64,000 bases of DNA from Chrysomallon squamiferum (taxonomy: Eukaryota > Animalia > Mollusca): the NCBI GenBank assembly GCA_012295275.1, contig CM022669.1, positions 8,680,001 through 8,744,000 on the forward strand, given 5' to 3'. A model generated the notes under the pieces. That model saw only the letters and a program-made list of their open reading frames with translations. It was not told where the DNA came from and searched no databases. Position numbers and translations under genes: made by a program. Below, one piece after another: positions 1-15,079 of the stretch (positions are counted from its first letter, which is position 1; every line of letters starts with the position of its first letter).

Positions 1-80
1 GAGTTGTTAACTGATTTCTACATGAGTTGATAACTGATTTTCACATGAGTTGTTAACTGATTTCTACATGAATTGTTAAT
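1..80. repeat. ~23-24 bp tandem repeat (about 3 copies visible)
   Basis: GAGTTGTTAACTGATTTCTACAT repeated at the window start. Confidence 0.8.
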
Positions 81-258
81 TTATTCCTTAAATAAAATAA
101 AGTTTGAAACTTGAAGATAAATGATGTAATTGGAACGTGAAGATAAAAAAAAAAATAGACGCGAAGAGAAATTCAGTAACTGAAGACGGATACAGTAAGA
201 AACGTGAAGATAAATAAATTCAGCGAGTGAAGACAGTAAACAACATATGAACTGTTAC

Positions 259-495
259 CTATTGTAGTTTTGTTCCACATCCTCCGCGTCACCGCGTAGC
301 CGTCCCTCACGTCCAGTCCCAGGGACAGCGTCTCCTGGATGGCGGTGCCGTATCGGATGACGCCGTCGTAAAACGCGCCAATGAAATAATTGACCTGAAA
401 CACAAATAAAAACATTTTTCTGTTTGTGTGTATGTTTTGTGTGTGAGTGTATGTAAAACTGTATGTGTAAATAAGTAATGTTACCTATGTATGTA

Positions 496-526
<31 letters not shown>

Positions 527-3500
527 TTTCATGACTTTAAGTCGGAATGAGATTTGAAGTGTGTGTTACCATGGTTATAGCAAACGTTAACAGTTACCCT
601 TTCTTCTCCAAACGTAAAGTTGAAGACGTCGCTGGCGTAATGAATGACGTCACAGGTAAAATTCTTCCATCGTTCGCTGTCGGGTTCATGCAGAGAAATT
701 TTCAGCAGAGATTCGTACGCCTCTTTGGCTGCTTGGTCTAGGTGATCACCCCGAGCCCAGCTGTGATTCCCCCAATAGTCACCCGGAAACGGAAACAGCT
801 CGACGTCCATGAAAACAAACTCTCCGCTTTGAATGTATCCCATGTTGTAGGCTGCCAACATGAACTCTCTAAGTGACCTCCCGTGCAGTATTAGAATTAT
901 CACTGTAATTATTTAAAAAAAATAAAAAGAATGTGTGTAATTTCGTTGTAAATATATATATATATATATATATACTGTTTGTTTCTAAAATATTTTTTCT
1001 GTATCAACGTACATTTAAAAAATATATATTATACTGTATCAGTTCATGCATAAAAAGTATCAGTAAAGGTGTTCTTTCTGTGTTTATGGTTATCATGTAT
1101 CCGTGTATGTATTTTGTATAAGTGTGCTTGAAAACCTGTCCATACTGTCATAAGAATACTTACATTAATGAGAAGCCACACACTGATTCAAACTGTTGTT
1201 GTCTTGCAGCTACTCACTTTAATTAATGAAATTACTATAACTGCGAAAAAGACTGCTTTAAACAGGAAACAAACAGATGAAAATATATTTTCCATTTATG
1301 ACTTTGTATATAACATTTTAAGAGCACTGTGAAATGAATGCTATGAGAAGGGCACACATGATGATGATTCTGAATCACTTATTACTGCGAGTATGAGTTT
1401 TATTTACCTCGTCGCTAGAGGCCATTTTTATCACTGTACTGGCAGTGTTTTGGCTAGTTACCTTAAAAAGGTATATAGGTATATAAGTAGCTGGCAAGTA
1501 GCTGGATCTATACGTAATAGATGATTTCGTTAAGGGTAGGCAGGTAGGTAGGAAGGTTTTAAAACTGTGAAATCTCTGTTACAAAGAATAAATATACAAA
1601 CCTCTTGCGTTGGTAGCTGCCACTTTGAGTAGCTGGGACACGTCAGCCTGGGTTTTGCTGTAGTACTGAATCATGTACGGGTAGATCCCGCCCTTCTGCA
1701 GTCCCACCTTCAGAGTCTCGCCCAGGACGTCAGAGTGAGCGTCGTTCACGTCGTAGATGACGACGATGTTCTTCCAGTTGAACTGCCTGAAAATGCTGCC
1801 GAACACTTTTCTCAGACGACACTGGCAGTAGGCAAAGCGAGTCATCGTAGGGTAGTCTGTCTTGTTCTTAAACATCCCGGCATCTCCCAAACCTGTCGTA
1901 AAAAAACAATGCAGTCTAGTCATTACACTGTGAGTTAAATCTGGTGTTAAAAAAACAATACATCTAGTCAGTACACTGTGAGTTAAATCTGGTGTTAAAA
2001 AAACAATGCAGTCTAGTCAGTACACTGTGAGTTAAATCTGGTGTTAAAAAAAACAATGCATCTAGTCATCACACTGTGATTTAAATCTGTTGTTAAAAAA
2101 ACAATACATCTAGTCATTACACTGTGATTTAAATCTGTTGTTAAAAAAACAATACATCTAGTCATTACACTGTGATTTAAATCTGTTGTTAAAAAAACAA
2201 TACATCTAGTCATCACACTGTGATTTAAATCTGTAGTTAAAAAAAACAATACAATCTAGTCATTACTCTGTGATTTAAATCTGTTGTTAAAAAAAACAAT
2301 ACAATCTAGTCATTATTCTGTGATTTAAATCTGTTGTTAAATAAAAACAATACAATCTAGTGTTTACGCTGTCGTTTAAATCTGTTATAAAAAAAATAAT
2401 ATAGTCTAGTAACCAAATTTCTCATTAACACAAAATACTCAAACGCATTCATAAAAAATTCCAAAAACACACACATGCTCACACTCACACAAACACACAA
2501 TAGACATACACACATACAGACACACACGCAGACACACAGACAGATATACACACAACAAAATATAGAGAAGCTCACTGACGATGATAATTCAGTCGATATC
2601 GACGTTTTCTTTGTAAATAATTACGTAAGTTAAATATATATATATATATACACATATATTGGGTGCAAACGTGTAACTACTATATTTTATATAACTTTCT
2701 ACACACTGGTGTAGATTAATGTGCCATACGATGTTTTTATCAACCGTTTCACGTTGACAGATCAGACGGTAGAAATATCATTAACAAGAACATCTTTAGT
2801 GTACACATGATTATTTTTACACGTTTAATTATTTCAGTTAACAAGGCTTATTAAAAGAGGCACGCCGGCAGAGCGTAAATTAATTATATCTTAGCAAGGA
2901 TCATTATATTTTCACTTAAACTTTGTTTTTATTAATATTTTATGATGACTTTTGGTGTTTATGTTACAGAATACGTTTATAAAGATAAAAAAGACTTTCA
3001 CACACCAGACATAAACACATGATTAAACGTCTCTTTTATATCTTAGTGACATTCACGTTTGTGCTTATATCTCAGTTAATTTCACGTGTTTCTAAATTTT
3101 CACTGATAATCATGTGGATATCTAAATGGAATTCACATTATTGAGTATATATATATATATATCAATATATATGGGGAATTTTTGGTTGTTTTCTTTTGTT
3201 GTTGTATATATATATATATATATATATATTGCAATACTTATAGAAGTAGTAGTAGTTGCCAAGCCAGCTATATTAACAATATATTTGATAGCATCAGAGT
3301 AATCTGTTATAATTACATCAATATTTTGTCGTTTTTAAGAAATAATCTGCCATTTTTTTTTTTTTTCGGTGTGTTTGTTATTTTCATTTTCTGATTTCAC
3401 TGAGTTAAGTTCAGTATTTTCAGATTAATTACTTCCACTTATCTGCTACATGTTTCTCCTTTTTATAACTGACGAGTTCTCAGTTTTTCATGTCTGTTTT

Positions 3501-3644
3501 TATGTCACTATTTTTATGTTTTTTTTTTTTTTTTTTTTTTTTTTATCAACTCAATCACTGGAGCTTTAGCATTAAGAAGAAAAACGAAAAGGAAGGTGAA
3601 AAAAAAAAAAAAGATAGCGATTATATAACGCTTCAGTTGTTTCG

Positions 3645-3680
<36 letters not shown>

Positions 3681-6033
3681 CTTAATATAAATTGTTAATG
3701 ACTTTTCTTTCTATTTTTTTTATTATTATTAATTTTTTTTTTTCATTTTTCATTTTTGCTTTTTTATTTTAAGAATATGTGAATATGCACAACAAATATT
3801 TTAAAACAAAAATAAAGGTATTATTTTATATACAGCAGAAATCTTTTGTGACGTCACTAACTGTAACAAGAAAACTGTTATGTCGTCCCTAGTTATATCT
3901 AACAAGAAAACGATCGTGAAATCACCAGTGTTATCCAAACGACTACAAATTAGTTACGAAAACACTAGTATTATGTAACTGTCGTGATGTCACTAGCACT
4001 ATCTAACATTAAAACTGTTATGACGTCATTATCAGTAAAAAGAAACATTTCAAATATGAGACTGAAAAAAAGACTGTCAGTATGTCACAAGTAGCTTAGA
4101 ACCAACAAGAAAACAGTCAACATGTCACTAACTGTGTAAAACTCTCAAGTAAATTTTCATCATGTCACAAATATTAAGCTAACACGTAAACTGTCAACAT
4201 GTCACTAGTAGCATAAAACTAACTAGTAAACTATCAACATATCACTAGCAGTATAAAACTATCAGCTAAACTGTCAACATCACAATACTAAAACAAATAA
4301 GAATCCTGTGAAGAATTTCTAGCAAGAATGTCACTAGTGATATCAAACTAACAAGAAAACTGTTATGACGTCACCAGACCACTGTTTTTCGTAATTAAAA
4401 TTATTTTCTCACACATTCTTACTTAACACTGCAGACACCCAGACGACTGGGTGTGAACTATTCACACAACACTGATGTTAGCTTCACGCTGATTTTCTTT
4501 CTTCTTAACATACAGTTGTTGTTGTTCTTTTTTTTATTTTATTTTTTAGTACAATTTATCTATAGGATCGAATCGAAAGTTAAACTGTTGTTTTGCCGGT
4601 TTTGCCTTTTCTAACAGTATCAGAGTAACTTGTAGACAATTTTCAGGTACATTTCTGTTTTACACAGTGTCCATACTGAGCTGTCGAATCACTTCCTCGT
4701 GTGAGGTCAGAAATAGATTTCAGTATTGATTTCCCAGTCGCAGTTCATTTTCAGATTATTGTTAGAATTTACAACGCTTACTCTAAGTAAAGATACCTGG
4801 CATCAGATTACGTAATGCAACAGATACCTAAAAACATTCAGTTTTATACACAGCCGTCACAAATAAAGCATCATACATGATCATCCGTCACAAACAAAAC
4901 ATCATACATGATCATCCGTCACAAACAAAACCATACACGATCATCCGTCACAAACAAAACGTCATACATGATCATCCGTCACACACAAAACACCATACAT
5001 GATCATCCGTCTCAAACAAAACAGCATACACGATCATCCGTCATACATGATCATCCGTCACAAACAAAACATCATACACGATCATCCGTCACAAACAAAA
5101 CGTCATACATGATCATCCGTCACACACAAAACACCATACATGATCATCCGTCACAAACAAAACGTCATACACGATCATCCGTCACAAACAAAACCATACA
5201 CGATCATCCGTCACAAACAAAACGTCATACACGATCATCCGTCACAAACAAAACCATACACGATCATCCGTCACAAACAAAACGTCATACACGATCATCC
5301 GTCACAAACAAAACCATACACGATCATCCGTCACAAACAAAACACCATACATGATCATCCGTCACAAACAAAACCAAACACGATCATCCGTCACAAACAA
5401 AACACCATACATGATCATCCGTCACAAACAAAACGTTATACATGATCATCCGTCACAAACAAAACATCATACACGATCATCCGTCTCAAACAAAACATCA
5501 TACACGATCATCCGTCACAAACAAAACACCATACACGATCATCCGTCATGAATAGCACATCAAATACGATCAGAAGTGTTTGTAGATAATACTATCTTAC
5601 ACCAAAAAAAAAAAAAAATATTGGGTAAACTCTGCTTGTTCAATTTTGTTGGTATCTTATAGATAGCAAATAATGCAAGGATTAATTAACAATATTCGTT
5701 AGTTAACATCATTTAAAACAGCAATTAGTTGCTGAAGTCAGAGACTGTAATAAAACCGTACGTACCAGTTATGATTGGAATATTCCAGAAGGCCGCCAGT
5801 CGAGCAACTCCGTCCAGGGAATAGGCGCAGGCCGGGCCAATCAGTGCCACGATGTTTTCTCTGTAGTAGAGCTCGGCCGCAACACCTTTTATTAAAACAT
5901 CCCCAATGTGTTATTATTATTGTTACTGTTATTGTTATTGTTAATATTATTGCTAGTGTTGTTGTTGTTATTATTATTGTCGTTATTATTATTATTATTA
6001 TTATTATTGTTGTTGTTGTTGCTGTTGTTATTG

Positions 6034-6080
<47 letters not shown>

Positions 6081-7569
6081 GAGGATAAAAGAACATTTTA
6101 AGTATTTAGTGTCTACTGTATTTTTATTTCGGGTGGGTCTTTCTAAGACATATACTCTTTATCAATCTTATAGAAAATCTAAACGGGTTGATCAAAGAAA
6201 AAGAAAAAAAAAAAAAAGAAGAAGAAGAACTTTAACACATGAAATTTAAAAAAAATATAATAATAACACTAATAAAATAAAAAGTACACATTCTGATACT
6301 TTCTAAATATTCACAGACATGGATATTGTCTGTTCCTGGAAACTGTCTACTCCCAGAGGAAAATCCAAGAACCCACAGAACAAAGTATGTCTGATCTTGG
6401 AGTATCCAGCACTTCAGTTCGGAGAATGATTAAAAACAAAAAGCAGGAGCTGAAATCCCATATTCTGTACAGTCTGATACTGTATATTAAAGTTTCTGTA
6501 CAGATAGATATTACAAGAAATTCTACAGTCAGATAGCGTATATTAAAGTTACTGTACAGATAGATATTACAAGAAATTCTACAGTCAGATAGCGTATATT
6601 AAAGTTACTGTACAGATAGATATCACAAGAAATTCTACAGTCAGATAGTTTATATTAAAGTTTCTGTACAGATAGATATTACAAGAAATTCTACAGTCAG
6701 ATAGCGTATATTAAAGTTACTGTACAGATAGATATTACAAGAAATTCTAGTCATATAGCGTATATTAAAGTTTCTGTACAGATAGAAATTACAAGAAATG
6801 CTACTGGGTTTAATTGATGAAGACAAAATGAACAGATGAAATATAAACGTGTTTGTTAGAAAACAACATGCAGAGAGAACATTTTTAAATTTACTCCGAT
6901 CTTCAAAGAAGACTTTGGAACTTGCTTGAAGAGAAAAGCTTACGACTTATATGTACTTCCAGCAATGAGGTACGGAAACATAGATATTAACTACACAGGC
7001 AAGATCAAACTAACATCCGCACAAAGAAATATGTTAAACATCAGATATCGGGACAGAAAATCAAAACTCCAAGTAAAAGAGAAAACGTATTTTAAATATT
7101 CTTTACAGACATAATATATAAGTGACGTGTATTAAATATTTTGTACAGCTGTCATTGATGCATGTTAAAGATTCTGTACACATGTAAGTGCTCTATATCA
7201 TTCTGCACAAGCAGATATTACTAAAATGTGTTTAAAAAATAAATATAAAATAAAAAAATAAAGATTGAACAAGGTGATAGTCAGACACACAAACATAATG
7301 AAATATATCTTACCTGTGGCGTTTCTGGCACTGCACGTGTTGTCATACGCCCTGACCACGGGAACCAGTCTGTAGCTGGAGTTGAGGATGTCGGCGTTCA
7401 CTTTGGCTATGGCTATTTGAATACCCGGACCCACGCGCTCCAGTGTATAGGGTGCATCCGCTTCGGCGATCAGCATTATGCCCACTTTGAGTTCAGTGGG
7501 TGATGAGAAGCAGAAGGCGACGACTGAAGTGATAATGAATGTCTTTGCGTTAACAAATGAACACTCCAT
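259..7569 (-). CDS. Natriuretic peptide receptor / receptor-type guanylyl cyclase-like gene, 5' portion (signal peptide + ANF-receptor extracellular ligand-binding domain); 3' end lies beyond the left edge
   Basis: Hand-spliced coding exons (minus): 7569-7314, 5885-5766, 1892-1602, 902-598, 394-259; all GT-AG with matching phases (1,1,1,0,1). Protein: MECSFVNAKTFIITSVVAFCFSSPTELKVGIML...GPGIQIAIAKVN...CS...ALIGPACAYSLDGVARLAAFWNIPIITG...DYPTMTR...FNWKNIVVIYD...ARVIILILHGRSLREFMLAAYNMGYIQSGEFVFMDVELF...AKEAYESLLKI...VNYFIGAFYDGVIRYG...DGYAVTRRMWNKT. These motifs are typical of NPR-A/B/C ectodomains. The intracellular part is outside the window, so cyclase versus clearance-type cannot be decided. 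Confidence 0.9.
1898..2392. repeat. 48-bp minisatellite (~10 copies)
   Basis: AAAAAAACAATACATCTAGTCATTACACTGTGATTTAAATCTGTTGTT units; gives the 16-aa periodic spurious ORF 2013..2249. Confidence 0.95.
3840..4380. repeat. Degenerate ~40-bp tandem repeat
   Basis: Recurrent AACAAGAAAACTGT(C/T)A..ATG(A/T)CACTAG motifs. Confidence 0.65.
4853..5548. repeat. 29-31 bp minisatellite
   Basis: CATACA(C/T)GATCATCCGTCACAAACAAAAC(G/A)T units. Confidence 0.95.
6465..6805. repeat. 56-bp minisatellite (~6 copies)
   Basis: TATATTAAAGTT(T/A)CTGTACAGATAGATATTACAAGAAATTCTACAGTCAGATAGCG units. Confidence 0.95.
6830..7090 (+). mobile_element. Degenerate LINE (RTE-like) ORF2 C-terminal fragment in an NPR-like intron
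   Basis: Translation IFKEDFGTCLKRKAYDLYVLPAMRYG...KLTSAQRNMLNIRYRDRK resembles the post-RT region of RTE-clade LINEs (CLKRKVFxQCVLPxMTYGxETW...KLxxxQRxMERxMLxIxxxDR), with deletions. Confidence 0.65.
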
Positions 7570-8533
7570 GGTGATAATGGATATTAGCAGTGATGTTAGT
7601 TTTTCATTAAATCTCCTCGTAGCTGAAAACGAACAAATCAAAACAGATTTTTTTTTCTAATCCATGCAAAAATCACTTGAACACTTTCTACCGAGGTTTT
7701 TATTTGAAAGATTTCACATGCGCACGCACAGAGTCACGACGTAACCAGTTTCTGAGGCTGGTGAGTGATCGCTGGTTTTCAAGAAGAAAAAAAAAGTCGT
7801 TTCAACATCACTAACACTAATGCAAGGTAGGTGAGCTTTCGTTAGACAGACAGACTGAGACGTCACCAGGTCATCTGAGAAAATCGAACAATACGCGGGA
7901 AGATCGCTTCACAACCAACCAATAGAAACGTTTCCTTGTAATTTTCATGTAGACCCTTGTATACAACACAGACTCAAACACAGACTCCATCGTGGGCGTT
8001 CTTCAGATTTACATCTAAGTTTTTGTATACAGATACACAGTCACACACACACAACTGAACACGTCACTGTAATTTATGTACAAACCTTTCTGTGAATATG
8101 TAGTTTATCGCGAACTTCACTGTATCGATGTATGTATCACACAATTACTGTGGTGGCAAATAGAAAAAAAAATCCTATATTTTCGGATCTTAAAGGAGAA
8201 TGGTTTTCAAATAAATTGTTGTTAAGAACAATTTTGTTTCGATGTAAAGTCATTTAAGGTGACAACAAAATCAAAAACGGGTGTGTTGAGAAATAAAATA
8301 GTTAATTTCATAATTTTTATATTATTTAGAATTGCAGGTTAAACGAAATATCTGGTCACTGTAGTCTTAAGATAACCTGCTCAGGTCGAATATGGTATGC
8401 TAAACGGCATGACCTCGCTGCAGTTCGGCATTCTCACCTTCACACTTATTCCATATGTGTATGCGTGTGTATTTAATTTATATGTAAACCTTTTATGCAG
8501 TTTACATATACGTTTGAAGTTTCTTGTAAACAT

Positions 8534-8564
<31 letters not shown>

Positions 8565-9067
8565 TCTATATATCTATCTATCTAATGTAAACGTGAACAA
8601 TTTAAAACGATGAAAGGTTAATCACATGATTATTTATGTTTTTTTTACAAGATTGGAGTGAACTTAGTATGACCTGTCCTGAACTAATCAATGACATTAA
8701 TTATGTATTGGAAACATTAACTATGTATGAAGAATATTAATAATTATGTATTAGGAATATTAATTAAGATAGTCGTGTAATTAATGTGGGATAATATCTA
8801 CAATTGTTAGAAACATGACGATCACGTGAACACAAACTGTGATTATTTGTCAGATAATTTGTTTACATGACAAAATAGTCGTATTATCATCATTAATTTT
8901 TGTAATGGATGAGATGTGTGGCATATAAAATATGATGTGAATTACACGCATATAATACGCCATCAGTCCATTTCACTAATTATTTCTTTAAGTTTTATGT
9001 ACATATTATATTTCAGTGTTTTTAGCATGAAGTACATTTTCTTTATTGTTTTCTCCTTCTTCTTCTT

Positions 9068-9129
<62 letters not shown>

Positions 9130-9405
9130 GTCATCATCTTAATCATCATTATTATTAATAATACTTTATTATGATTATTATTTATCATCATCATCTGTTG
9201 TTATTACTCCATGTTTTTTATTGTTTGTACATATGTGTATGACTGACTGCAAGTGATTATGTGTTATTTCTTAAAATAACGTCCCTTTTTTGTTAATTTT
9301 TTTTTTCTTTTTTTTTTTTTTTTCAATATATACTTCGTGAGACGAAACTAATTAATCACAGAATGCTGTTCACCACAAGCAGAAAGCCGGCATTTGACAG
9401 GTGTG

Positions 9406-10462
9406 ATAATAAACTGCGTCAAAAACTCTGTAATTCAATCTGCAAAATAAACTGCGTGAAAACATGTGTAATTCACTCTACATAATAAATTACCTGAAAA
9501 CGTGTAATTCACTGTACAAAATAAATTACGCGCAAACATCTGTGATTCACTCTACAAAATAAACTTTGCGAAAACATCTGTGATTCACTCTACAAAATAA
9601 ACTTTGCGAAAACATCTGTGATTCACTCTACAAAATAAACTGCGTGAAAACATGTGTAATTCACTGTACAAAATAAACTACGTGAAAACATCTGTAATTC
9701 ACTCTACAAAATAAACTATGTGAAAACATCTGCAATTCGCTTTACAAAATAAACTACGCGAAAACATCTGCGATTCACTCTACAAAATAAACTACGTGAA
9801 AACATCTGCAATTCACTCTACAAAATAAACTACGTGAAAACATCTGTAATTCACTGTACAAAATAAACTACGTGAAAACATCTGCAAATCGCTTTGAAAA
9901 ATAAATTACGCGAAAACATCTGTGATTCACTGTACAAAATAAACTACGCGCAAACATCTGTGATTCACTCTACAAAATAAACTACGTGAAAACATCTGTG
10001 ATTCACTCTACAAAATAAACTACGTGAAAACATGTGATTCACTCTACAAAATAAACTATGAAAACATCTGCAAAACAAAATAATCTGTGATTCACTGTAC
10101 AAAATAAATTACGCGAAAACATCTGTGATTCACTCTACAAAATAAACTACGTGAAAACATCTGCAAATCGCTTTACAAAATAAACTACGCGAAAACATCT
10201 GTGATTCACTCTACAAAATAAACTACGTGAAAACATCTGCAAATCGCTTTACAAAATAAACTACGTGAAAACATCTGTGATTCACTCTACAAAATAAACT
10301 ACGCGAAAACATCTGTAGATTCACTCTACAAAATAAACTACGCGAAAACATCTGTAATTCACTCTACAAAATAAATTACGCGAAAACATCTGTGATTCAC
10401 TCTACAAAATAAACTACGTGAAAACATATGTGATTCACTCTACAAAATAAACTACATGAAAA
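9406..10462. repeat. 38-bp minisatellite
   Basis: CAAAATAAACTACG(T/C)GAAAACATCTGTGATTCACTCTA units. Confidence 0.95.
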
Positions 10463-10813
10463 CTCGAACAGATATGTTATCAGTATCCACACTGTACAGA
10501 TTCAATCATCAATGTCCACCTTGTACGTGTGTGTATGTTATCAGTGTCTACACTGTATAGAAGTATTACCAGACAAAGCACTAACAGAGAAAGTCAGTAC
10601 TTCGTGTAATTATATTACTCCATGTCAGTCTCTTTACTGATCATCTCAGTATGGCTCGTCCACTTGTAATAATGTCTGTCACAATTTTAAATTTCTAAAT
10701 CCGTGATGCACTTGTTCTTAAAAACAAAAAATACTTTTCTGGTGTTCCGAAAGATGTAAAAACTGTGACAAATATTGTACATGGAGAAACCTAACGTTCA
10801 TTCAGTCATTCGT

Positions 10814-10864
<51 letters not shown>

Positions 10865-11846
10865 TTTTATTTTATTTTATTTTATTTATTTTTTTTTTTT
10901 TTTTTTTTTTTATTATTTTATATTTATTTATATATAAAACAAAAATGTATTTATTTTATTTTATCTATTTCGTTTTATTTTATTTTATTAAATATTTGTT
11001 AAACAGAGCAATTAGACTGAAACAACAAGGGAAATAACTGCTGAAAGTCTACTGTGATTAGCTGTCGACATTAACTAGTGAACATTGCATTACACTTTTC
11101 ATTTCTTTTCTTTTTTCTTTTTTTTTTTTTTTTTTTTTTTGTTGTTGCTACTGGTTTCTGCGTGGACTCAGTCTTTAAAGCATCCTGATAAACAACTTTT
11201 ATAATTATCACCAACTGTGTCATCACAGTTGTCGTTATTTATTTATTTATTTATTTATTTAAATCTGTCTATATTGCTGTCTGTTTGTCTGTCTATCAGT
11301 CCATCTATCTATCTGTATATTCAGTGACGTGCAGAGGTCTGGTGATGCCCGGGGCCAACTCCTTGATTGTATGCCCCAAAGACTCGAGTATAAGGCCCAG
11401 TACTGAGAAATATTATGTATATCACACACAACACACGCATACATCTGTCTATCTGTCTCCATCTTTCTATTTTCTATCTATTTAATAATTAATGTGTAGT
11501 GTGATATGTGACAAATATTTTAATTTTTCTGAACTTATCACACTTTCACAGTCATTAATAGAAAGATTTTCTTTCATCTTTTAATTTCATTCACTGATTT
11601 ATTCTCTTTTTTAATATATTTATATGAATGCGATTTATTTTATTTTATTACTTTTAAAAAAAAAATCAATATTAAGACTTTTCTATAGTCTGGTTCTTTC
11701 GCAGAGCGCTATTCAAGTTTTACATAGTAAAAATGTACGAACAATAACGTGGTATGATGTATAAAGATATGTTTTAATACAAAATGATATGGGTGTTGTG
11801 GTGTTGCCTGTCATAATACTTTCTGTTAGCTATATATGTAGTATGC

Positions 11847-11886
<40 letters not shown>

Positions 11887-12259
11887 TTTTTTTATTATAA
11901 ATTTTTTTTATTATTATTATGTCATCATCTTAATCATCATTATTAGTAGTACTACTGTTATAAAGATTATTATTTATTATCATCATCATCATCTTCATGA
12001 CTGTTGTTATTACTCCTTATTTATGTTATTTTTATTATAATGTTTTTATTGTATGTGTGATTGCTATAGTGTAGTAATGACAACAGTACATATCATTACT
12101 GTTCATTTATTTGTTTACTTATTTAATTAGTCAGTTATTTTATTTTATAACTGTTTACTGTTTCATTAACCAAACATTTAGCAAATCAGAATGAAATGAT
12201 ACTGTAAATAACAATTTTATAGTAAACACTTTTTAATAGATTTAATGAATTGTAAACAA

Positions 12260-12512
12260 AAATTCCGCTGAGAACAGTGCGTTGTTCTCGGTCATATTCA
12301 CAAGCAAACGCTGAAGCCTGAAATAAGCTCAATAAGCGACAGGCGGCGTTGTAAAACTGCTCTGTTCCACTGTTTCCTTGGCAATAAAGCCGTTTCAGCA
12401 AGGGCAGATAACTGAACATTGTTTATATTCACATCTTCTGTAGCGAACAGAACTGCTATGACTGTCAGTAGACAGGTAAGCGGCAAGAACACCAGGTGTC
12501 GTGCAGGTGAGT
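12260..12512 (+). promoter_or_regulatory. Candidate upstream promoter / 5'UTR exon, possibly of the calpain gene
   Basis: GC/CpG-richer patch with an X-box-like GTTTCCTTGGCAAT (12372-12385) and two consensus donors, CAG|GTAAGC (12475) and CAG|GTGAGT (12506). It lies between the divergent NPR-like and calpain genes. Confidence 0.35.
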
Positions 12513-13254
12513 TACCTTGTCTTGCTTTATATATATATATATATAATTATTTTTTTTTTAAAAAGACAGTTAAACTTCGGTTTTCTTTTCTTAATCATAA
12601 ATCAATGGTGCGATTTTTATCTCGGTTTTCTTTTCTTTCTTTCTTTCTAACTATTTTATTTATTTTTATTTTTTATTTTTTTTTTTTTCTGAAGCTTTTA
12701 GAAGAAACAAAAATATTTAAAACAATTATAATTAAATCAATATGATTTGTATTCAGTCTAATAAATATTTAGACAAAGTTTATTTAAGTAAACAAATTCT
12801 TTAATGTTTAAAATTCATGATCGGAAATTTAAAAAAAAAAAGAAAATTTATGAAATTACTGTTATATTAAAATAAATGACATACACTGTGGATTACCAAG
12901 GCAATAAAATAAACAGTAAAATTATGTGAAATTGTTTTACTTTCATCTAAATATAAATTTATTATTTTACTTACTTACTTACGTACTTACGTTTCAATTC
13001 ATTACAAAGTTAATTATTCGTTTTATCCGACTTTGATTTTATTATTTCAAATAATCAATAACTAACATGTAATGTATTCTTTTAACTATTATTATTATTG
13101 CGCTATTATTATAACGATGATGGTGATGATGATGATTTTAATAATAATTATTATTATAGAATAACTTATCTGTGAGAGAAAGACTGAGAGATGATGAATC
13201 TGTGTATGTACTTATTAATGTGTGAATCCAGGTTTCTCCAGACATCCTGATATT

Positions 13255-14480
13255 TCAAACTGACTCTGGTATTTTATGCTGACACTGGTATTTCATTCTT
13301 CGTAACTGCACTTATATTTCATACAGAACCTGATATTTTATACGAACACTGATATTTCATACTGAAATTGATAGTTCATACTGACACTGATATTTCATAC
13401 TGACACTGATATTTCATACTGACACTGGTATTTCATACTGACACTGATATTTCATACTGACACTGATATTTTATACGAACACTGATATTTCATACTGAAA
13501 TTGATAGTTCATACTGACACTGATATTTCATACTGACACTGATATTTCATACTGACACTGGTATTTCATACTGACACTGGTATTTCATACTGACACTGAT
13601 ATTTCATACTGACACTGATATTTTATACGAACACTGATATTTCATACTGACACTGATATTTTATACGAACACTGATATTTCATACTGACACTGATATTTT
13701 ATACGAACACTGATATTGCATACTGAAATTAATAGTTCATACTGACACTGATATTTCATATTGACACTGGTATTTCATACTGACACTGGTATTTCATACT
13801 GAAACTGTTACCTCATTCTTCATGACTACACTGATATGTCATACTGACACTGATATTTTATATTGACACTTATAACGACACTGATATTTCATACTGAAAC
13901 TGATTTTTATTCTGACACTGATATTTATTCTGACACTGATATTTTATACTGACACTGACATTTCATACTGAAACTGATATTTTATAACGACACTGATATT
14001 TCATACTGAAACTGATTTTTATTCTGACACTGACATTTCATACTGACACTGATATTTTATAACGACACTGGTATTTCATACTGAAACTGATATTTTATAC
14101 TGACTGTTATTTTGTACTGACACTGATATTTTATACTGACTGTTATTTTATACTGAAACTGATTTTTATACTGACACTGACATTTCATACTGTCATTGAT
14201 TATTTATAACGACACTGATATTTCATAATGAAACTGATTTTTATACTGACACTGATACTTCATACTTGCACTTGATTTTTTTATAATGACAATGATATTC
14301 ATACAGACACTGACATTTCATATTTTATAACTACACTGATGTTTCATAATCACAGTGATATTTTATACTGACACTGACATTTATACTGACACTGATATTT
14401 CATACTTCATAACGACACTGACATTTCATACTGGCACACACTTTTTTTTTTATAACGAGACTCATATTTCATATTGACAC
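13255..14480. repeat. 19-bp minisatellite
   Basis: GACACTGATATTTCATACT units. Confidence 0.95.
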
Positions 14481-15079
14481 GACTGTTTTATACATTAGAT
14501 ACAGACTAATTGTACGATACTTTATTATCCAAAATAAATACATAAGATATGTTTGTTACTAACCTTTTCAAGAAATATGTTTAAATATGTTCTATCACTG
14601 ATATCTAACAGTGTATATATAAAAGGTAGCAATGACATAATAAAGAACGTTGTCCACTAAACTGACTGTCTGGTAGAGAGTGATATTACAATTTTTACCG
14701 AGTTGTCTTTGTTTTTCATCTGTACTAACAATGAAACTGACATTAAACGTTGTCATGGTAACTAAAGCTAGCTTCTTACAAAAGCTTTGAACTAGTATGA
14801 AAGAATTACGAAGATAAAAGAAAAAAAATCAATAGTACTAAGTATTTGTTTTAATAACAGTTGTCTTTTGTTTGTCTTGTTTCGCTTTTTTAATATTTTA
14901 ATAAAAACAAATCTACTGCAAAAGATTTACTTATTACTGTCACCAAGTATAAATATATTCATCATCATCATCATTATTCTTCTTCTTGTTGTTGTTGTTG
15001 TTGTTCTTCTTCTTCTTCTTATTATTATTATTATCATTATTATTTATGTACATATATCCCTTAACACTGTTCGTATTTG

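Noticed and set aside
4908-5551. His/Thr-rich repetitive ORFs
   Set aside because: Products of the 29-31 bp minisatellite inside an NPR-like intron on the opposite strand
11322-11410. GC-rich patch resembling a DNA-transposon terminus or snoRNA
   Set aside because: No partner inverted repeat or complete C/D box arrangement could be confirmed
12298-12492. Small secreted-peptide-like ORF on the minus strand
   Set aside because: Starts at a non-ATG codon, which is not credible in a nuclear animal gene without further support
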